Shown: positions 1 through 9,353 of the stretch, in pieces
Layout of the letters: every line of letters begins with the position of its first letter
How positions within the stretch are numbered: position 1 is the stretch's first letter
DNA from: Candidatus Roslinia caecavium
GTDB lineage: Bacteria > Bacillota > Clostridia > Monoglobales > Monoglobaceae
Direction of reading: 5' to 3'
Length of the DNA stretch: 64,000 bases
Assembly (NCBI GenBank): GCA_904419955.1
Contig: CAJFTO010000009.1
Location: forward strand, 4,298-68,297
Translations under genes and position numbers: made by a program
Notes under the pieces: model-generated
Seen by the model: the letters and a program-made list of their open reading frames with translations, nothing else
What the model was told of the DNA's origin: nothing
The model's database searches: none

Positions 1-1
1 C

Positions 2-1318
2 GCGTGCGCCGCGATATATCTGCTTCTTCAATATATATGGAGACGCAGCGAGATAAAGAGCCGTATCGTACAGACGGCGATCATTATTATAGCTCTGCTT
101 TGGAACTCCTGCCTGAGCGCGTACAACTCTTTGAGCGCAAGAGAGGCGGCGGGGCTTGTGATAAGTATTTTTATGATGGGCGCCGCGGCGTTGTTTTTGA
201 TGCGGCCGGTTATTTTTATCCCGAGCGCCGTAGTCTGTTTTTTGGTATACGCGGGGGCGAGCTTCCCTTATCAAACCGCGGGCGCGCTGATAGACGTCGG
301 GATCGCGATCTGTATCGCCTGCGCGACCAACGTCGTGAGAACGACCGACGCGGTATCTAAGCTGAAAGAAAAGGAAAACGCGGATAATATGCAGGAGAAG
401 CTGTCGCGGGAACGCAAAAATTTCCGGCTGAATCAGGAACAGTTCTTTTTGATCATCGGCAAAACAAAGGATATAATGTTTAGATGGGATGTTGAAAACG
501 ACGATATAGTTTTTTCGTCAAATTGGAACGAGATTTTCGGATACCCGTCGCATATAACCGGTTTTTTGCGATGGGCGGCTAAGGAGCGCGGGCTGAGCGA
601 AGAGACGACCCGGCTTTTTAAAAGCTGGAGCGAAGGGCTGAAAGATGGGATCGATTATCAGGAAGGCGAGATATTGATCTCGGGAGAGAACGGGCGCGAA
701 CGTTGGTATCAGGCGCGTATCTTATCCCAGTTCGATATGGAACGCGAAGCCGTATGCGGTATCGGCCTGCTCAGCGATATCATGTCTCAGAAAGAGACGA
801 TACTGCGTTTGGAAGACGTAACGCAGAGAGACCCGCTTACGAACGCGCTTAACAAGACGGCGATCGAAGCGTATGTGACGAGCCGCATAAGCGGTTTTGA
901 CGACGATGAAACGGCGAGCTTGCTTATCTTCGACATAGACGATTTCAAGAGTATCAACGACAGGTACGGCCACCCATGCGGCGATCAAGCGCTGCGCGAA
1001 TTTTCGCGATGTATCAAGACGGCTTTTCCGTTTAGCGAGGGAGTCGGAAGGATCGGCGGCGACGAGTTTATCCTGTTTGCTGAGGATATGGATATAGAAA
1101 CTTTGATCGAGAAAGCGCGCAGGCTGCTCGATTATTTTTCGCAGGTAAACTACGGCGGCGAATACATAAAGACGAGCTGCAGCGTGGGGATAGCGTTCGC
1201 AAGAGGAAGAAGCAAGAGCTTCGCGCGTCTTTACAGCGAGGCGGACGACGCTCTCTATACCGCCAAAAAATCCGGGAAAGGGAGTTTTCACATTTATAAC
1301 GAAGATAAAAATCCATAA
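2..1318 (+). CDS. membrane-anchored PAS-GGDEF diguanylate cyclase, 5' end probably outside the window
   Basis: ORF track gives 131..1318 (TTG), but the same frame has no stop back to base 2 and encodes further hydrophobic segments. PAS-like middle region. Active-site motif RIGGDEFILF. No RxxD I-site seen upstream of GGDEF. Confidence 0.8.
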   Translation, partial: ACAAIYLLLQYIWRRSEIKSRIVQTAIIIIALLWNSCLSAYNSLSAREAAGLVISIFMMGAAALFLMRPVIFIPSAVVCFLVYAGASFPYQTAGALIDVGIAICIACATNVVRTTDAVSKLKEKENADNMQEKLSRERKNFRLNQEQFFLIIGKTKDIMFRWDVENDDIVFSSNWNEIFGYPSHITGFLRWAAKERGLSEETTRLFKSWSEGLKDGIDYQEGEILISGENGRERWYQARILSQFDMEREAVCGIGLLSDIMSQKETILRLEDVTQRDPLTNALNKTAIEAYVTSRISGFDDDETASLLIFDIDDFKSINDRYGHPCGDQALREFSRCIKTAFPFSEGVGRIGGDEFILFAEDMDIETLIEKARRLLDYFSQVNYGGEYIKTSCSVGIAFARGRSKSFARLYSEADDALYTAKKSGKGSFHIYNEDKNP

Positions 1319-1395
1319 AGCAAATACCTCGCGGGAATTTTTAGACGCGGAGAACGCGCCGGGGCTTTTAAAACTTTGATTCTTGAGAAATCTAC

Positions 1396-1424
1396 TTTAC
1401 TAAAGAACGCCGCTGTGATATAAT
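1396..1424 (+). promoter_or_regulatory. sigma-A type promoter candidate for metA
   Basis: TTTACT, 17-nt spacer, TATAAT with an extended -10 TG (ctgTGaTATAAT), about 45 nt upstream of the metA ATG. Confidence 0.4.
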
Positions 1425-1466
1425 AACTTTTATTAGCTTAAATTTATATTCAGGAAGTGACGTTAT

Positions 1467-2402
1467 ATGCCAATAAAAGTAAGAGATAATCTACCGGCAA
1501 TAGAGACTTTGGGAAACGAGAATATATTTGTTATGACCGAGACGCGGGCTATATCCCAGGATATTCGTCCGCTTGAAATAGTGATTCTGAACCTGATGCC
1601 GACCAAGATAGACACCGAGACCCAACTGCTTAGAATGCTCGGCAACACTCCGCTTCAGATCAACGCCACGTTTATGCATACCAAGTCGTATGAATCTAAA
1701 AACACGTCGCAGAGCCATCTGGATACGTTTTACGTGACGTTCGACAATATAAAGCATAAGAAATTCGACGGAATGATAATAACCGGGGCTCCGGTCGAAC
1801 ATCTTGAGTTCGAGGAGGTAGACTACTGGCAGGAGCTTTGCGAGATCATGGAGTGGTCGAAGAAAAACGTAACTTCGACGTTTCATATCTGCTGGGGCGC
1901 TCAGGCGGGGCTTTATTATCATTACGGGATCAAGAAGTATCCTACCGATAAAAAGATATTCGGCGTGTTCGAGCATTACGTACTGCCGGAGAAGAAGCAT
2001 AAGATACTCCTGCGCGGCTTCGACGATACGTTTTACGTGCCGCAGTCGAGACATACCGAGGTCAGGGCGGAGGATATTGAAAAAGTTCCCGAGCTTGAGA
2101 TACTGTCCGTCTCGGACGAGAGCGGCGTGTATATAGTCACCGCGAAGAGCGAGCGGCAGTTCTTTGTGACCGGACACTCGGAGTACGACGATACGACCCT
2201 CGCCAAGGAATACTTCAGAGATTTGGAAAAGGGTTTGGATATAGACATGCCTAAAAACTATTTCCCGAACGACGACCCGAAACAAAAGCCGCCTATGAAG
2301 TGGAGAGCCCACGCGAATCTCCTGTATTCAAACTGGCTGAACTATTTTGTATATCAGACCACGCCGTATGATATAAATGAGATTGACGAGCGTAAGGATT
2401 AG
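1467..2402 (+). CDS. metA: homoserine O-acyltransferase (MetA family)
   Basis: 311-aa ORF starting [23 protein letters not shown]. Collinear with the MetA family ([19 protein letters not shown]). Confidence 0.9.
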   Translation: MPIKVRDNLPAIETLGNENIFVMTETRAISQDIRPLEIVILNLMPTKIDTETQLLRMLGNTPLQINATFMHTKSYESKNTSQSHLDTFYVTFDNIKHKKFDGMIITGAPVEHLEFEEVDYWQELCEIMEWSKKNVTSTFHICWGAQAGLYYHYGIKKYPTDKKIFGVFEHYVLPEKKHKILLRGFDDTFYVPQSRHTEVRAEDIEKVPELEILSVSDESGVYIVTAKSERQFFVTGHSEYDDTTLAKEYFRDLEKGLDIDMPKNYFPNDDPKQKPPMKWRAHANLLYSNWLNYFVYQTTPYDINEIDERKD

Positions 2403-2403
2403 C

Positions 2404-2434
2404 AACGTAGAGATTAGGTATTAGCGATTAGGAG
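2404..2434. repeat. repeat arm A (aacgtagagattaggtattagcgattaggag), built from GATTAG-type units
   Basis: Starts 2 nt after the metA stop. Direct repeat of 2805..2842 and inverted repeat of 2951..2988. Confidence 0.7.
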
Positions 2435-2505
2435 TGAAACGGGATTCTTTAACGTCTAAGCGGCTATGTTTGCGTAATTGGGATACTTTGTAAGAGAATT
2501 GTAAA

Positions 2506-2534
2506 TTGACTAAGTATGTCGAATGATATATAAT
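2506..2534 (+). promoter_or_regulatory. near-consensus sigma-A promoter inside the metA/deacetylase intergenic region
   Basis: TTGACT (2506-2511), 17-nt spacer, TATAAT (2529-2534). No annotated ORF downstream. Confidence 0.5.
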
Positions 2535-2538
2535 TATT

Positions 2539-2778
2539 GAAGCAGATAAGAGGTAATTGAAGGACGGTTAGCCACCGCCTATTGTCGCAACCAGCGGCAG
2601 GAAGGGGGTGACGCTTATGTGGAACGCATTACTTAAAGTGATCGTATCTATTATTATTTTTTTTTAATAATAGTTTCCATAAAAGCGATATAGCCGCCCT
2701 TGGCAGAGAGCGACTATATTAATTTAAATCATTCTCTGGCTAACCGTTTAACGGTTCTCCTCTTTTCTGCTTTTATTA
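2539..2778 (+). other. candidate ~240-nt small transcript (sRNA or type I toxin-like mRNA)
   Basis: Begins about 6 nt after the -10 box. The 5' arm gaagcagataagagg (2539-2553) and cggttagcc (2565-2573) can pair with ggctaaccg (2738-2746) and cctcttttctgcttt (2759-2773). A U-rich 3' end follows. Confidence 0.35.
2617..2667 (+). CDS. 16-codon hydrophobic sORF (MWNALLKVIVSIIIFF) inside the small transcript
   Basis: Strong RBS AAGGGGGTGA 6 nt before the ATG. The peptide is almost entirely hydrophobic. Below the ORF-track size cutoff. Confidence 0.3.
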   Translation: MWNALLKVIVSIIIFF

Positions 2779-2804
2779 TACAATAAAATTTTTCAGTTGT
2801 CAAC

Positions 2805-2842
2805 AACGTAGCGATTAGCGATTAGCGAATAGCGAATAGGGG
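2805..2842. repeat. repeat arm A' (aacgtagcgattagcgattagcgaatagcgaatagg)
   Basis: Tandem 6-7 nt GATTAGC/GAATAGC units. Direct copy of arm A. Can pair with 2951..2988 to close a hairpin of about 185 nt. Confidence 0.7.
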
Positions 2843-2950
2843 CGGAAATTTGTTCGTTTAACGCCGAACATAAACGCAAGCGGAAATGGAATACTCTGTA
2901 TTCCTATGCGGCTTAAGAAGCCGTTTTTAACGCTACAGAAACGTATTCGC

Positions 2951-2988
2951 CTCCTAATCGCTAATCCCTAATCTCTAATCTCTACGTT
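2951..2988. repeat. inverted repeat arm A'' (ctcctaatcgctaatccctaatctctaatctctacgtt)
   Basis: Reverse complement is aacgtagagattagagattagggattagcgattaggag, nearly identical to arm A. Overlaps the stop codon of the deacetylase gene. Confidence 0.7.
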
Positions 2989-3851
2989 AGTATCGCGCTT
3001 AAAGATTTATTGTTACTTCTGAAGAACCTATTCATACAGCAGAGTGAGGAGGTATCGCCGACGCTTATGTAATTCATTCTCTCCTCGCAGGAAAGCGACG
3101 CTTTGAAGCCGATCTCGTTTAGAATATCGATCGAACATTCGCTTATAGCCCCGTACGGGTACGTGAACACCGCGGGCTCGAAGCCCAAATTCTCGGCGCA
3201 AAGTTCCTGCATCTTTCCGGCGTCCTCGGTGAGCGCCTTTCTGTAATGTTCTTCGCTCTCGTTTTTGTTCTTTTTAGTCCCGTTCCTTGCGGAATCTATG
3301 CTGTGCATGTCGTAGCTGTGGTTGCCTATTTCCACTAAGCCAGATTCTGAAAGAAAGCGGACGTCGTCCCAGCTCAGGTACGCGTAGCCGGGGTTCTTAT
3401 CGTCCAGTTCGGAATATTTATCTGTATACGCGCCGACGACTGAGATCACGGCTTTCATATTATATTTCTCAAGCAGCGGATATACGATGCTCAGGTTGTT
3501 GTAAAAGCCGTCGTCGAATGTGAGAACGATCGGTTTTTCTGGAAGCGGCGCGCCGCTATATACATAGTCTATTACCTCGCCGATCGTCACGGTCGTATAC
3601 CCGTTTTGCTTAAGATATATAAGGTCGGATTCAAAGCTCTCCTTGGAAATTACGTATTCGTTTACCCATTTGCTCTGGTCTATCACGCCGTGATACATTA
3701 TTATCGGCAACTCGACGGACGCATCGCCCGAGACCGCAAGCTCGTCGTACGCGCCGCCGCGGTCTTGTATTATAAAATAATTGAGACCGAAAGCCAAGGC
3801 GCAGAATAGCGCTAAAAACAGCAAGGCGGTCTTAAGTTTTAACACATGCAT
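2982..3851 (-). CDS. polysaccharide deacetylase (NodB homology domain), membrane-anchored or secreted
   Basis: ORF 2982..3860. The ATG at 3851 (MHVLKLK) has AGGGAG 9 nt upstream. N-terminal hydrophobic anchor. NodB motifs LTFDDGF and HSYDMH. Confidence 0.85.
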   Translation of the reverse strand: MHVLKLKTALLFLALFCALAFGLNYFIIQDRGGAYDELAVSGDASVELPIIMYHGVIDQSKWVNEYVISKESFESDLIYLKQNGYTTVTIGEVIDYVYSGAPLPEKPIVLTFDDGFYNNLSIVYPLLEKYNMKAVISVVGAYTDKYSELDDKNPGYAYLSWDDVRFLSESGLVEIGNHSYDMHSIDSARNGTKKNKNESEEHYRKALTEDAGKMQELCAENLGFEPAVFTYPYGAISECSIDILNEIGFKASLSCEERMNYISVGDTSSLCCMNRFFRSNNKSLSAILT

Positions 3852-3943
3852 ATTCCTCAACTCCCTAAGGGATAGGGTATCCCATATGTTATTATATTTC
3901 GTATTGAGAATAAATATGTTTGTACCGATAGAATTGGTCGGAT

Positions 3944-3973
3944 AATAAAAAACCGGAGCCGCGAAAGCTCCGG
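3944..3973 (-). terminator. rho-independent terminator after the S8 protease gene
   Basis: Minus strand reads ccggagc-tttcgcg-gctccgg followed by a T-run (tttttt). Confidence 0.7.
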
Positions 3974-3992
3974 AAAAACAAGAAAATAACTT

Positions 3993-5774
3993 TTAAGCCG
4001 CGCCGTCCGTTTGATAAGTATCGGTTTGGCTGTTGCCTGTTTGACTATCGTCCGTTTGATTGCCGTCAGTTTGACCATCGCCTGTTTGGCCGTTGTCCGT
4101 TTGGTTGACGTCTGTTTGACTGCTGTCCGTCTGACTGCCGCCTGTTTGGCCGTCGTCGGTTTGGCCGTCGTCCGTTTGAGCGCCGTCCGTTTGAGCGCCG
4201 TCCGACTGATAAATATCATAGACGTCGGTCAGCGGTCGTTGATTTTTATCCCATACGTACGCTTTTATAACTCCGCCGCCGTCGGGGAGTTCAAGCGTCT
4301 CGGATAGGATCGTCTCGGAATCCGAGCTAATCAGGGTCTCGTCGCATACCAACGAATACAACGCGCCGTTTTGGTCGAACGCGGCTAAGTATACCGTAGC
4401 GTTTACGTCCTTATACAGCGTGTTATTCAGCGTTAGCGCTACATTGGCGGAGGAAGGAGTCCCGGGGTCGATAGCGACGGACGAGCCGGCTATCCCAAAT
4501 TCTCCGCCGGACATGAAGTCGATTATTTTTTGTATATTAAGACAGCCCCAGCCGTATTCGACGTCGTAGCCCGTATCGCCAAGATCGTCCGAGCAGGCCT
4601 CGAGTACAAGGTTGAACTCGGCGGGGGTGATATACGGGTCGATCGACTTAGCTATAGCCGCCGCCGCGGCGACGTGCGGAGCCGCGTACGAAGTGCCCGA
4701 GCCGGTCGTATAAGAATTGTTCAAGGTAGAGCTGAATACGTCCACGCCCGGAGCGGTTACGTCCACTGTATAGTTATAATTTGAAGTACTCGCCCTAACG
4801 CCGGAAGAGGTCAGAGATCCCACGCCGATCACGTTGTCGAAACACGCCGGGGCGTTTATCTGGGAAGAATCCTGATTTCCCGCGGCGGCCACGCATATAA
4901 CGTTTTTTGACGTCGCGTAATCGACAGCTTCGCGCATGGCCGTCTGGTCGGCGCTCAATTCGTTATAGGCTATAGTGAAGCTGAGATTCAGGACTTCGCA
5001 GTCTAAGTCGTCTACCGCGACGTAGATCGATCTTGTTATGTAACCCAGAGAAGTCCTGCTTCCTGAGAACGCCTTTATCGGAACGATTGTAGCGTCCGAA
5101 CATCCGGCTATCCCGATTCCGTTGTTCGTCTCCGCGGCGATAATGCCCGAGACAAACGTGCCGTGCCGGTTATTGTCCGGTTCGGTATCGTAGGAATCGT
5201 TTATAACGTTATACCCTGTAGTAACGTTTGCGGACAGGTCGTCGTGAGAAGATTCGACTCCGCTGTCGATAACGCCGACGCGGACGCCTTCGCCGGTCTC
5301 GCCAGTAGTCCAAGCGTACGCCGCGCTCGCCATCCTCAGGTTCCACTGCCTGCTCGCATAGTACGGATCGTTAGGCTCAGGCAAGTCGTCCGAGAGAGTA
5401 GCGCTCTCGCCGGGCGTGGGAAACGCGTCGAGCCCGGTCTCGGGTTCGGGCGTCTCGTTTTCGATTATGTAGTTCTTGCATATATATTCAGTCTTTCCCG
5501 ACGCCTCAAGATAGTCTATATACTCCTCGGTCGGGTTTTTCAGAGTATATATATAATGGTTCGGAACAAGCTCGCCCCAGACGTTTATGTCGGAGTTTGA
5601 GTTTGTCGCGGTCAAGTCCGGTTCATACTGCTTGAATTTTACTATGTATCCGTCGTATTCGCCGCCGTTTTCGTCGATTTCATATGCGTATCCATTCACG
5701 CCGAAGATCAGCGTTATAGCCGCCGCAAGCGTAAGTAATAAAACGCAAAGGGCGCTATTGGTTGTTTTTGTCAC
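3993..5774 (-). CDS. secreted subtilisin-like serine peptidase (S8) with a C-terminal pentapeptide-repeat tail
   Basis: Signal-like N-terminus. Catalytic triad contexts GVIDSGV (Asp), HGTFVSG (His) and GTSYAAPHVA (Ser). Tail of 13 xxxQT units. Confidence 0.9.
   Translation of the reverse strand: MTKTTNSALCVLLLTLAAAITLIFGVNGYAYEIDENGGEYDGYIVKFKQYEPDLTATNSNSDINVWGELVPNHYIYTLKNPTEEYIDYLEASGKTEYICKNYIIENETPEPETGLDAFPTPGESATLSDDLPEPNDPYYASRQWNLRMASAAYAWTTGETGEGVRVGVIDSGVESSHDDLSANVTTGYNVINDSYDTEPDNNRHGTFVSGIIAAETNNGIGIAGCSDATIVPIKAFSGSRTSLGYITRSIYVAVDDLDCEVLNLSFTIAYNELSADQTAMREAVDYATSKNVICVAAAGNQDSSQINAPACFDNVIGVGSLTSSGVRASTSNYNYTVDVTAPGVDVFSSTLNNSYTTGSGTSYAAPHVAAAAAIAKSIDPYITPAEFNLVLEACSDDLGDTGYDVEYGWGCLNIQKIIDFMSGGEFGIAGSSVAIDPGTPSSANVALTLNNTLYKDVNATVYLAAFDQNGALYSLVCDETLISSDSETILSETLELPDGGGVIKAYVWDKNQRPLTDVYDIYQSDGAQTDGAQTDDGQTDDGQTGGSQTDSSQTDVNQTDNGQTGDGQTDGNQTDDSQTGNSQTDTYQTDGAA
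4008..4202. repeat. 13 tandem 15-bp units encoding (D/G)xxQT in the S8 protease tail
   Basis: Plus strand shows a periodic ..gtccgtttg.. every 15 nt. The translated tail is DGAQT DGAQT DDGQT DDGQT GGSQT DSSQT DVNQT DNGQT GDGQT DGNQT DDSQT GNSQT DTYQT. Confidence 0.9.
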
Positions 5775-5820
5775 GCGTTTTCACCATCCAATATTTTGTA
5801 TGCGACGCGTGAGACAGAGG

Positions 5821-8085
5821 TTACTCAGCGTCGAATGTGTAAACTCTGCATGTAAAGTCTCCGAACAGAGCCGGGTTTGGATTGGTCTCGTCATAGTCGT
5901 ATTTTTGGATTATGAGACCGTGATTGATCAGCTCGTCTCCGTTCACGGCCGTATCGTAGCATTGAGTTCCATTTAATGATACTACATAACGACTGTTTTC
6001 GTCAAGTCCAATTAATGGAAGTTTGTCGAAGCCCATATTGACGTCGTTTAGGATCTTATAATATCCTAAGACCGCGCGTTTCTTATCGGGGGATACCGAC
6101 ATCCACGCGACCGTGTTGCCGTCGCTGCCGGTCAACTCCTTGTAAGAGGGCGCTCTGAGTCTGTAAAAGTCGCCGAACTGAAGGAGTTTTCGGTTCTTTT
6201 TCATAAACGCGATCTGCGCTCTTACCTTTTCTTTCTCGGCGTCCGAGAGCTTAGCCAGATCCAGCTCGTAGCCGAACGCGCCGAAATAGGCTACCGCCGC
6301 CCTCGTGTCGATGCTCGTAGTCCTTGAAAGCTGGTGGTTGGGCACGGCCGAGACGTGCGCGCCCATCGAGCAGACCGGGTATACGAGCGAGGTGCCGTAC
6401 TGTATTTTAAGGCGTTCTACGGCGTCGGTGTCGTCGCTCGTCCAGCCCTGCGGCGCGTAGTAGAGCATGCCGGGATCGAACCGGCCGCCGCCGCCCGCGC
6501 AGGACTCGAAGAGTATGTCGGGGAACGCGGTCGTCAGGCGTTCGTACAGGTCGTATACGCCGAGGATGTATTTGTGGATAACCATTCCCTGATAATCCGC
6601 GTCGTTACCTCTTGAGAATACATGGCTCATATTTCTGTTCATATCCCATTTCACGTAGGACAGATTTATCTCCGAAAAGAGCTTATAGAGCGCGTCGTAT
6701 ATATAGTCTACGACTTCGCGCTTTGAAAAGTCGAGTATGAGCTGATTCCTGCAGAGCGCAGGCTCCCTGTCCAGGGTTCCGAGGACCCAGTCCGGATGAT
6801 TGCGGTACAGCTCGCTGTCCTTGTTCACCATCTCGGGCTCTATCCAAAGTCCGAACATCAAGCCCATATCGTTTATCTTTTTAGACAGTCCGGTAAGCCC
6901 GCTCGGCAGCTTTTCTTTATTCACGAACCAGTCGCCCAGCGATGAGGTATCGTCGTTGCGTTTCCCGAACCAGCCGTCGTCCAATACGAAGAGTTCGACG
7001 CCGAGCTCCTTGCCGGTCTCGGCTATGCCGAGTATCTTCTCCTCGTCGAAGTCGAAGTAAGTCGCTTCCCAGTTATTGAGCAGGATCGGGCGTTCCCTGT
7101 CCCGCCATTTTCCGCGCGCGAGCCTGTTTTTGAACAGGTCGTGAAACTGACGGCTCATGCCGTTCAGACCGCCGCGGGAGTAGACCATGACGGCCTCGGG
7201 CGTCTGAAATTCCTCGCCCCGCTTCAAAGTCCAGCGGAAGTTTTGAGGATTTATACCGAGCTGAACGCGGGTCACGTCGTAGGTGTCCACGTCGGCGGAG
7301 ACTAAGAAATTGCCGCTGTAGACCAGGCTGAAGCCGTAGACCTCGCCCGAGAACTCGTCGGTATTCGGCCTTTTAAGCGCCATGAACGGGTTAAAATGGT
7401 GGCTGCTCGCCCCGCGCAGGCTCTGCACGGACTGGGAGCCGTAGCCGAGCTTTCTGATACTTATATTCCGCTCTCTCGCCCACGCGCCGCAAAGCGTTAC
7501 CATATCAAAGTTGCAGTCCGGCAGATCGAGATTTAAGCTCATAGCGCGATTTAATTTGACGGGATCGTCGCCTTCGTTTACGATCCTTGCGCTTCTGGTT
7601 ATCGCGGCGTAATCTCTGAATATAGTATAGCTCAGCTCGACGCCGCATTTTATTACGTCGTCGTAGAGGAGTATTTCAAGCGTGTCCGCCTCGTCTTCGC
7701 TTTCGACGTAGGCGGCGGGGAGTCCGCTCAGCGGTTTTTTACCCTTATATATTTCGTGGGAGCGGTATTTGAAATCGGTCGCGAAGCATCCGTTTTGAGA
7801 TACAATCTCGACGGCGGGGTTTCTCATATCGGTGTTGCCGCAGGACGGGTATTCCTGCTTGATATGTTCTAACGTATAGGCAAACTCCGTCTGTTTTGAC
7901 ACGGACGAGAACGGGCGCAGCTCGTTCTCAAACATATGCGAAAACGAATCGCAGTGTCTAAGCCTCTTCCCGAAATAGAGCTGAGCCAGGTCGCCGCTCG
8001 GCAAGACCGCGATTATATAGCTTACGTTGTCGTTAAATAGATGAAACTCGGTTGAGTTTTGGTTTTGGTTGCAAATAATAGGCAT
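5821..8085 (-). CDS. alpha-galactosidase, GH36 family
   Basis: ORF 5821..8160. The ATG at 8085 (MPIICNQ) has AAGGAG 7 nt upstream. GH36 hallmarks YVKWDMNRNM and CAGGGGRFD. Confidence 0.9.
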   Translation of the reverse strand: MPIICNQNQNSTEFHLFNDNVSYIIAVLPSGDLAQLYFGKRLRHCDSFSHMFENELRPFSSVSKQTEFAYTLEHIKQEYPSCGNTDMRNPAVEIVSQNGCFATDFKYRSHEIYKGKKPLSGLPAAYVESEDEADTLEILLYDDVIKCGVELSYTIFRDYAAITRSARIVNEGDDPVKLNRAMSLNLDLPDCNFDMVTLCGAWARERNISIRKLGYGSQSVQSLRGASSHHFNPFMALKRPNTDEFSGEVYGFSLVYSGNFLVSADVDTYDVTRVQLGINPQNFRWTLKRGEEFQTPEAVMVYSRGGLNGMSRQFHDLFKNRLARGKWRDRERPILLNNWEATYFDFDEEKILGIAETGKELGVELFVLDDGWFGKRNDDTSSLGDWFVNKEKLPSGLTGLSKKINDMGLMFGLWIEPEMVNKDSELYRNHPDWVLGTLDREPALCRNQLILDFSKREVVDYIYDALYKLFSEINLSYVKWDMNRNMSHVFSRGNDADYQGMVIHKYILGVYDLYERLTTAFPDILFESCAGGGGRFDPGMLYYAPQGWTSDDTDAVERLKIQYGTSLVYPVCSMGAHVSAVPNHQLSRTTSIDTRAAVAYFGAFGYELDLAKLSDAEKEKVRAQIAFMKKNRKLLQFGDFYRLRAPSYKELTGSDGNTVAWMSVSPDKKRAVLGYYKILNDVNMGFDKLPLIGLDENSRYVVSLNGTQCYDTAVNGDELINHGLIIQKYDYDETNPNPALFGDFTCRVYTFDAE

Positions 8086-8279
8086 ATCGATTCTCCTTAT
8101 CGCGCGTATTTGACATATTTTTGTTAGATGTATTATAGCATATGTTTTGCGCGATTCCAATGCTTTGGTGATAATTTAAGACGTTGTTATCAATTATTTT
8201 ATATTGACTTAAGAAAGATAGTGTACTAAACTCAAATTAATAAAAACAGTTTAAATTTTTATATTTGGAGTGATAAAAG

Positions 8280-9257
8280 ATGGCTGAATTGAGGTATAAT
8301 CCGCTTATCAAGGATTGGGTAATGATCGCGTCGCACAGACAAAACAGGCCGCAGATGCCTAAGGATTGGTGTCCGTTCTGTCCGGGTTCGGGCAAGGTCC
8401 CCGAACATTTTACGGTGTACGAATACGACAACGACTTTCCGGCGCTGTCGCAGAATCCGCCGGTCCCGGACGACGTGGCGACCGAGCTGTATAAGACCAA
8501 AGAGGCGTACGGAAAGTGCGAGGTTATACTGTATTCGCCGGAGCATACGGTCACGCTGCCCGAGCTCAGCGTAGAACATATAAGAGAGCTTGTAGACTTG
8601 TGGACGTCGCGCTTTGAAGAACTTCGCAAAGATGAAAGGATAAAATACATATTCATTTTTGAGAACAGGGGCGACGTGGTCGGAGTCACCATGCCGCATC
8701 CGCACGGTCAGATCTATGGCTACAGCTATATTCCTAAGAAGCTCGAACTGGAGCTTGCTTCATGTAAGGAGTATAAAGAGGAAAAGGGCGAATGTCTGAT
8801 CTGCGATATAGTTAAAAACGAGAAGGAGTTCGGAAAGCGCGTGATCATAGAGAACGAGGACTTTATAACCTTCCTTCCGTTCTTCGCCGACTACCCATAC
8901 GGCGTATACATCGCGGCGAAGGGACACGTGCAGAACTTGACTCAATTCAGCGACCGCCAGAAGGACAACCTGGCGAAGATACTCAAAGAGACCGCCGGAA
9001 CATTGGACAGCCTGTTCGATTATACTTTCCCGTATATGATGTGTATGCATCAGGATCCGGTAAACGGCGAGGACGCGAGCGAGTATTACCATTTTCATAT
9101 TGAGTTCTACCCGCCGATGCGGTCCGCGGACAAGCAGAAGTTCAACGCTTCCAGCGAGACCGGCGCGTGGGCGTCGTGCAACCCGACTGCTCCCGAGGAG
9201 ATGGCGGAGCAGCTTAAAAAGGCTCACGAGAAATTTTTGAAAAGCTTGGAGAAATAG
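8280..9257 (+). CDS. galT: galactose-1-phosphate uridylyltransferase
   Basis: 325 aa. CPFCPG zinc motif and HPHGQIY active-site His-x-His. Directly upstream of galK. Confidence 0.9.
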   Translation: MAELRYNPLIKDWVMIASHRQNRPQMPKDWCPFCPGSGKVPEHFTVYEYDNDFPALSQNPPVPDDVATELYKTKEAYGKCEVILYSPEHTVTLPELSVEHIRELVDLWTSRFEELRKDERIKYIFIFENRGDVVGVTMPHPHGQIYGYSYIPKKLELELASCKEYKEEKGECLICDIVKNEKEFGKRVIIENEDFITFLPFFADYPYGVYIAAKGHVQNLTQFSDRQKDNLAKILKETAGTLDSLFDYTFPYMMCMHQDPVNGEDASEYYHFHIEFYPPMRSADKQKFNASSETGAWASCNPTAPEEMAEQLKKAHEKFLKSLEK

Positions 9258-9353
9258 TTCGAGCGTAGAACTTAAGAAAAGTAAATTTTCTGTTTGCCCG
9301 CGGACAGAATAAACAAAGTTGCGGTATATAAGCGGGCGGAAAGGTATGGGATA

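Noticed and set aside
4-360. 118-aa Arg/Gly/Asp-rich ORF at the window start.
   Set aside because: It is out of frame with the membrane/PAS/GGDEF reading frame, which is open from base 2. Its composition is typical of off-frame translation of GC-rich coding DNA.
1319-1466. SAM riboswitch or T-box leader upstream of metA.
   Set aside because: The leader is too short (about 45 nt after the predicted promoter) and lacks S-box or T-box conserved segments.
1491-2312. Long antisense ORFs inside well-supported genes. This one is in metA; others are 8760..9467, 12292..13044, 13486..14241, 35171..35824, 43211..43786 and 44178..44672.
   Set aside because: Each lies fully within and opposite a gene with strong family motifs. 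The translated sequences are low-complexity or Arg-rich with no recognisable domains.
2404-2988. CRISPR array, suggested by the short repeated gattagc units.
   Set aside because: The units are 6-7 nt and contiguous, with no spacers. The arms are in mixed direct and inverted orientation, and no cas genes are in the window.
3857-4219. 120-aa ORF with repeated TAKQ/TAVK motifs, plus the plus-strand ORF 4011..4307.
   Set aside because: Both are alternative-frame or antisense readings of the 15-bp tandem repeat in the S8 protease tail. Neither has an RBS or an independent signal.
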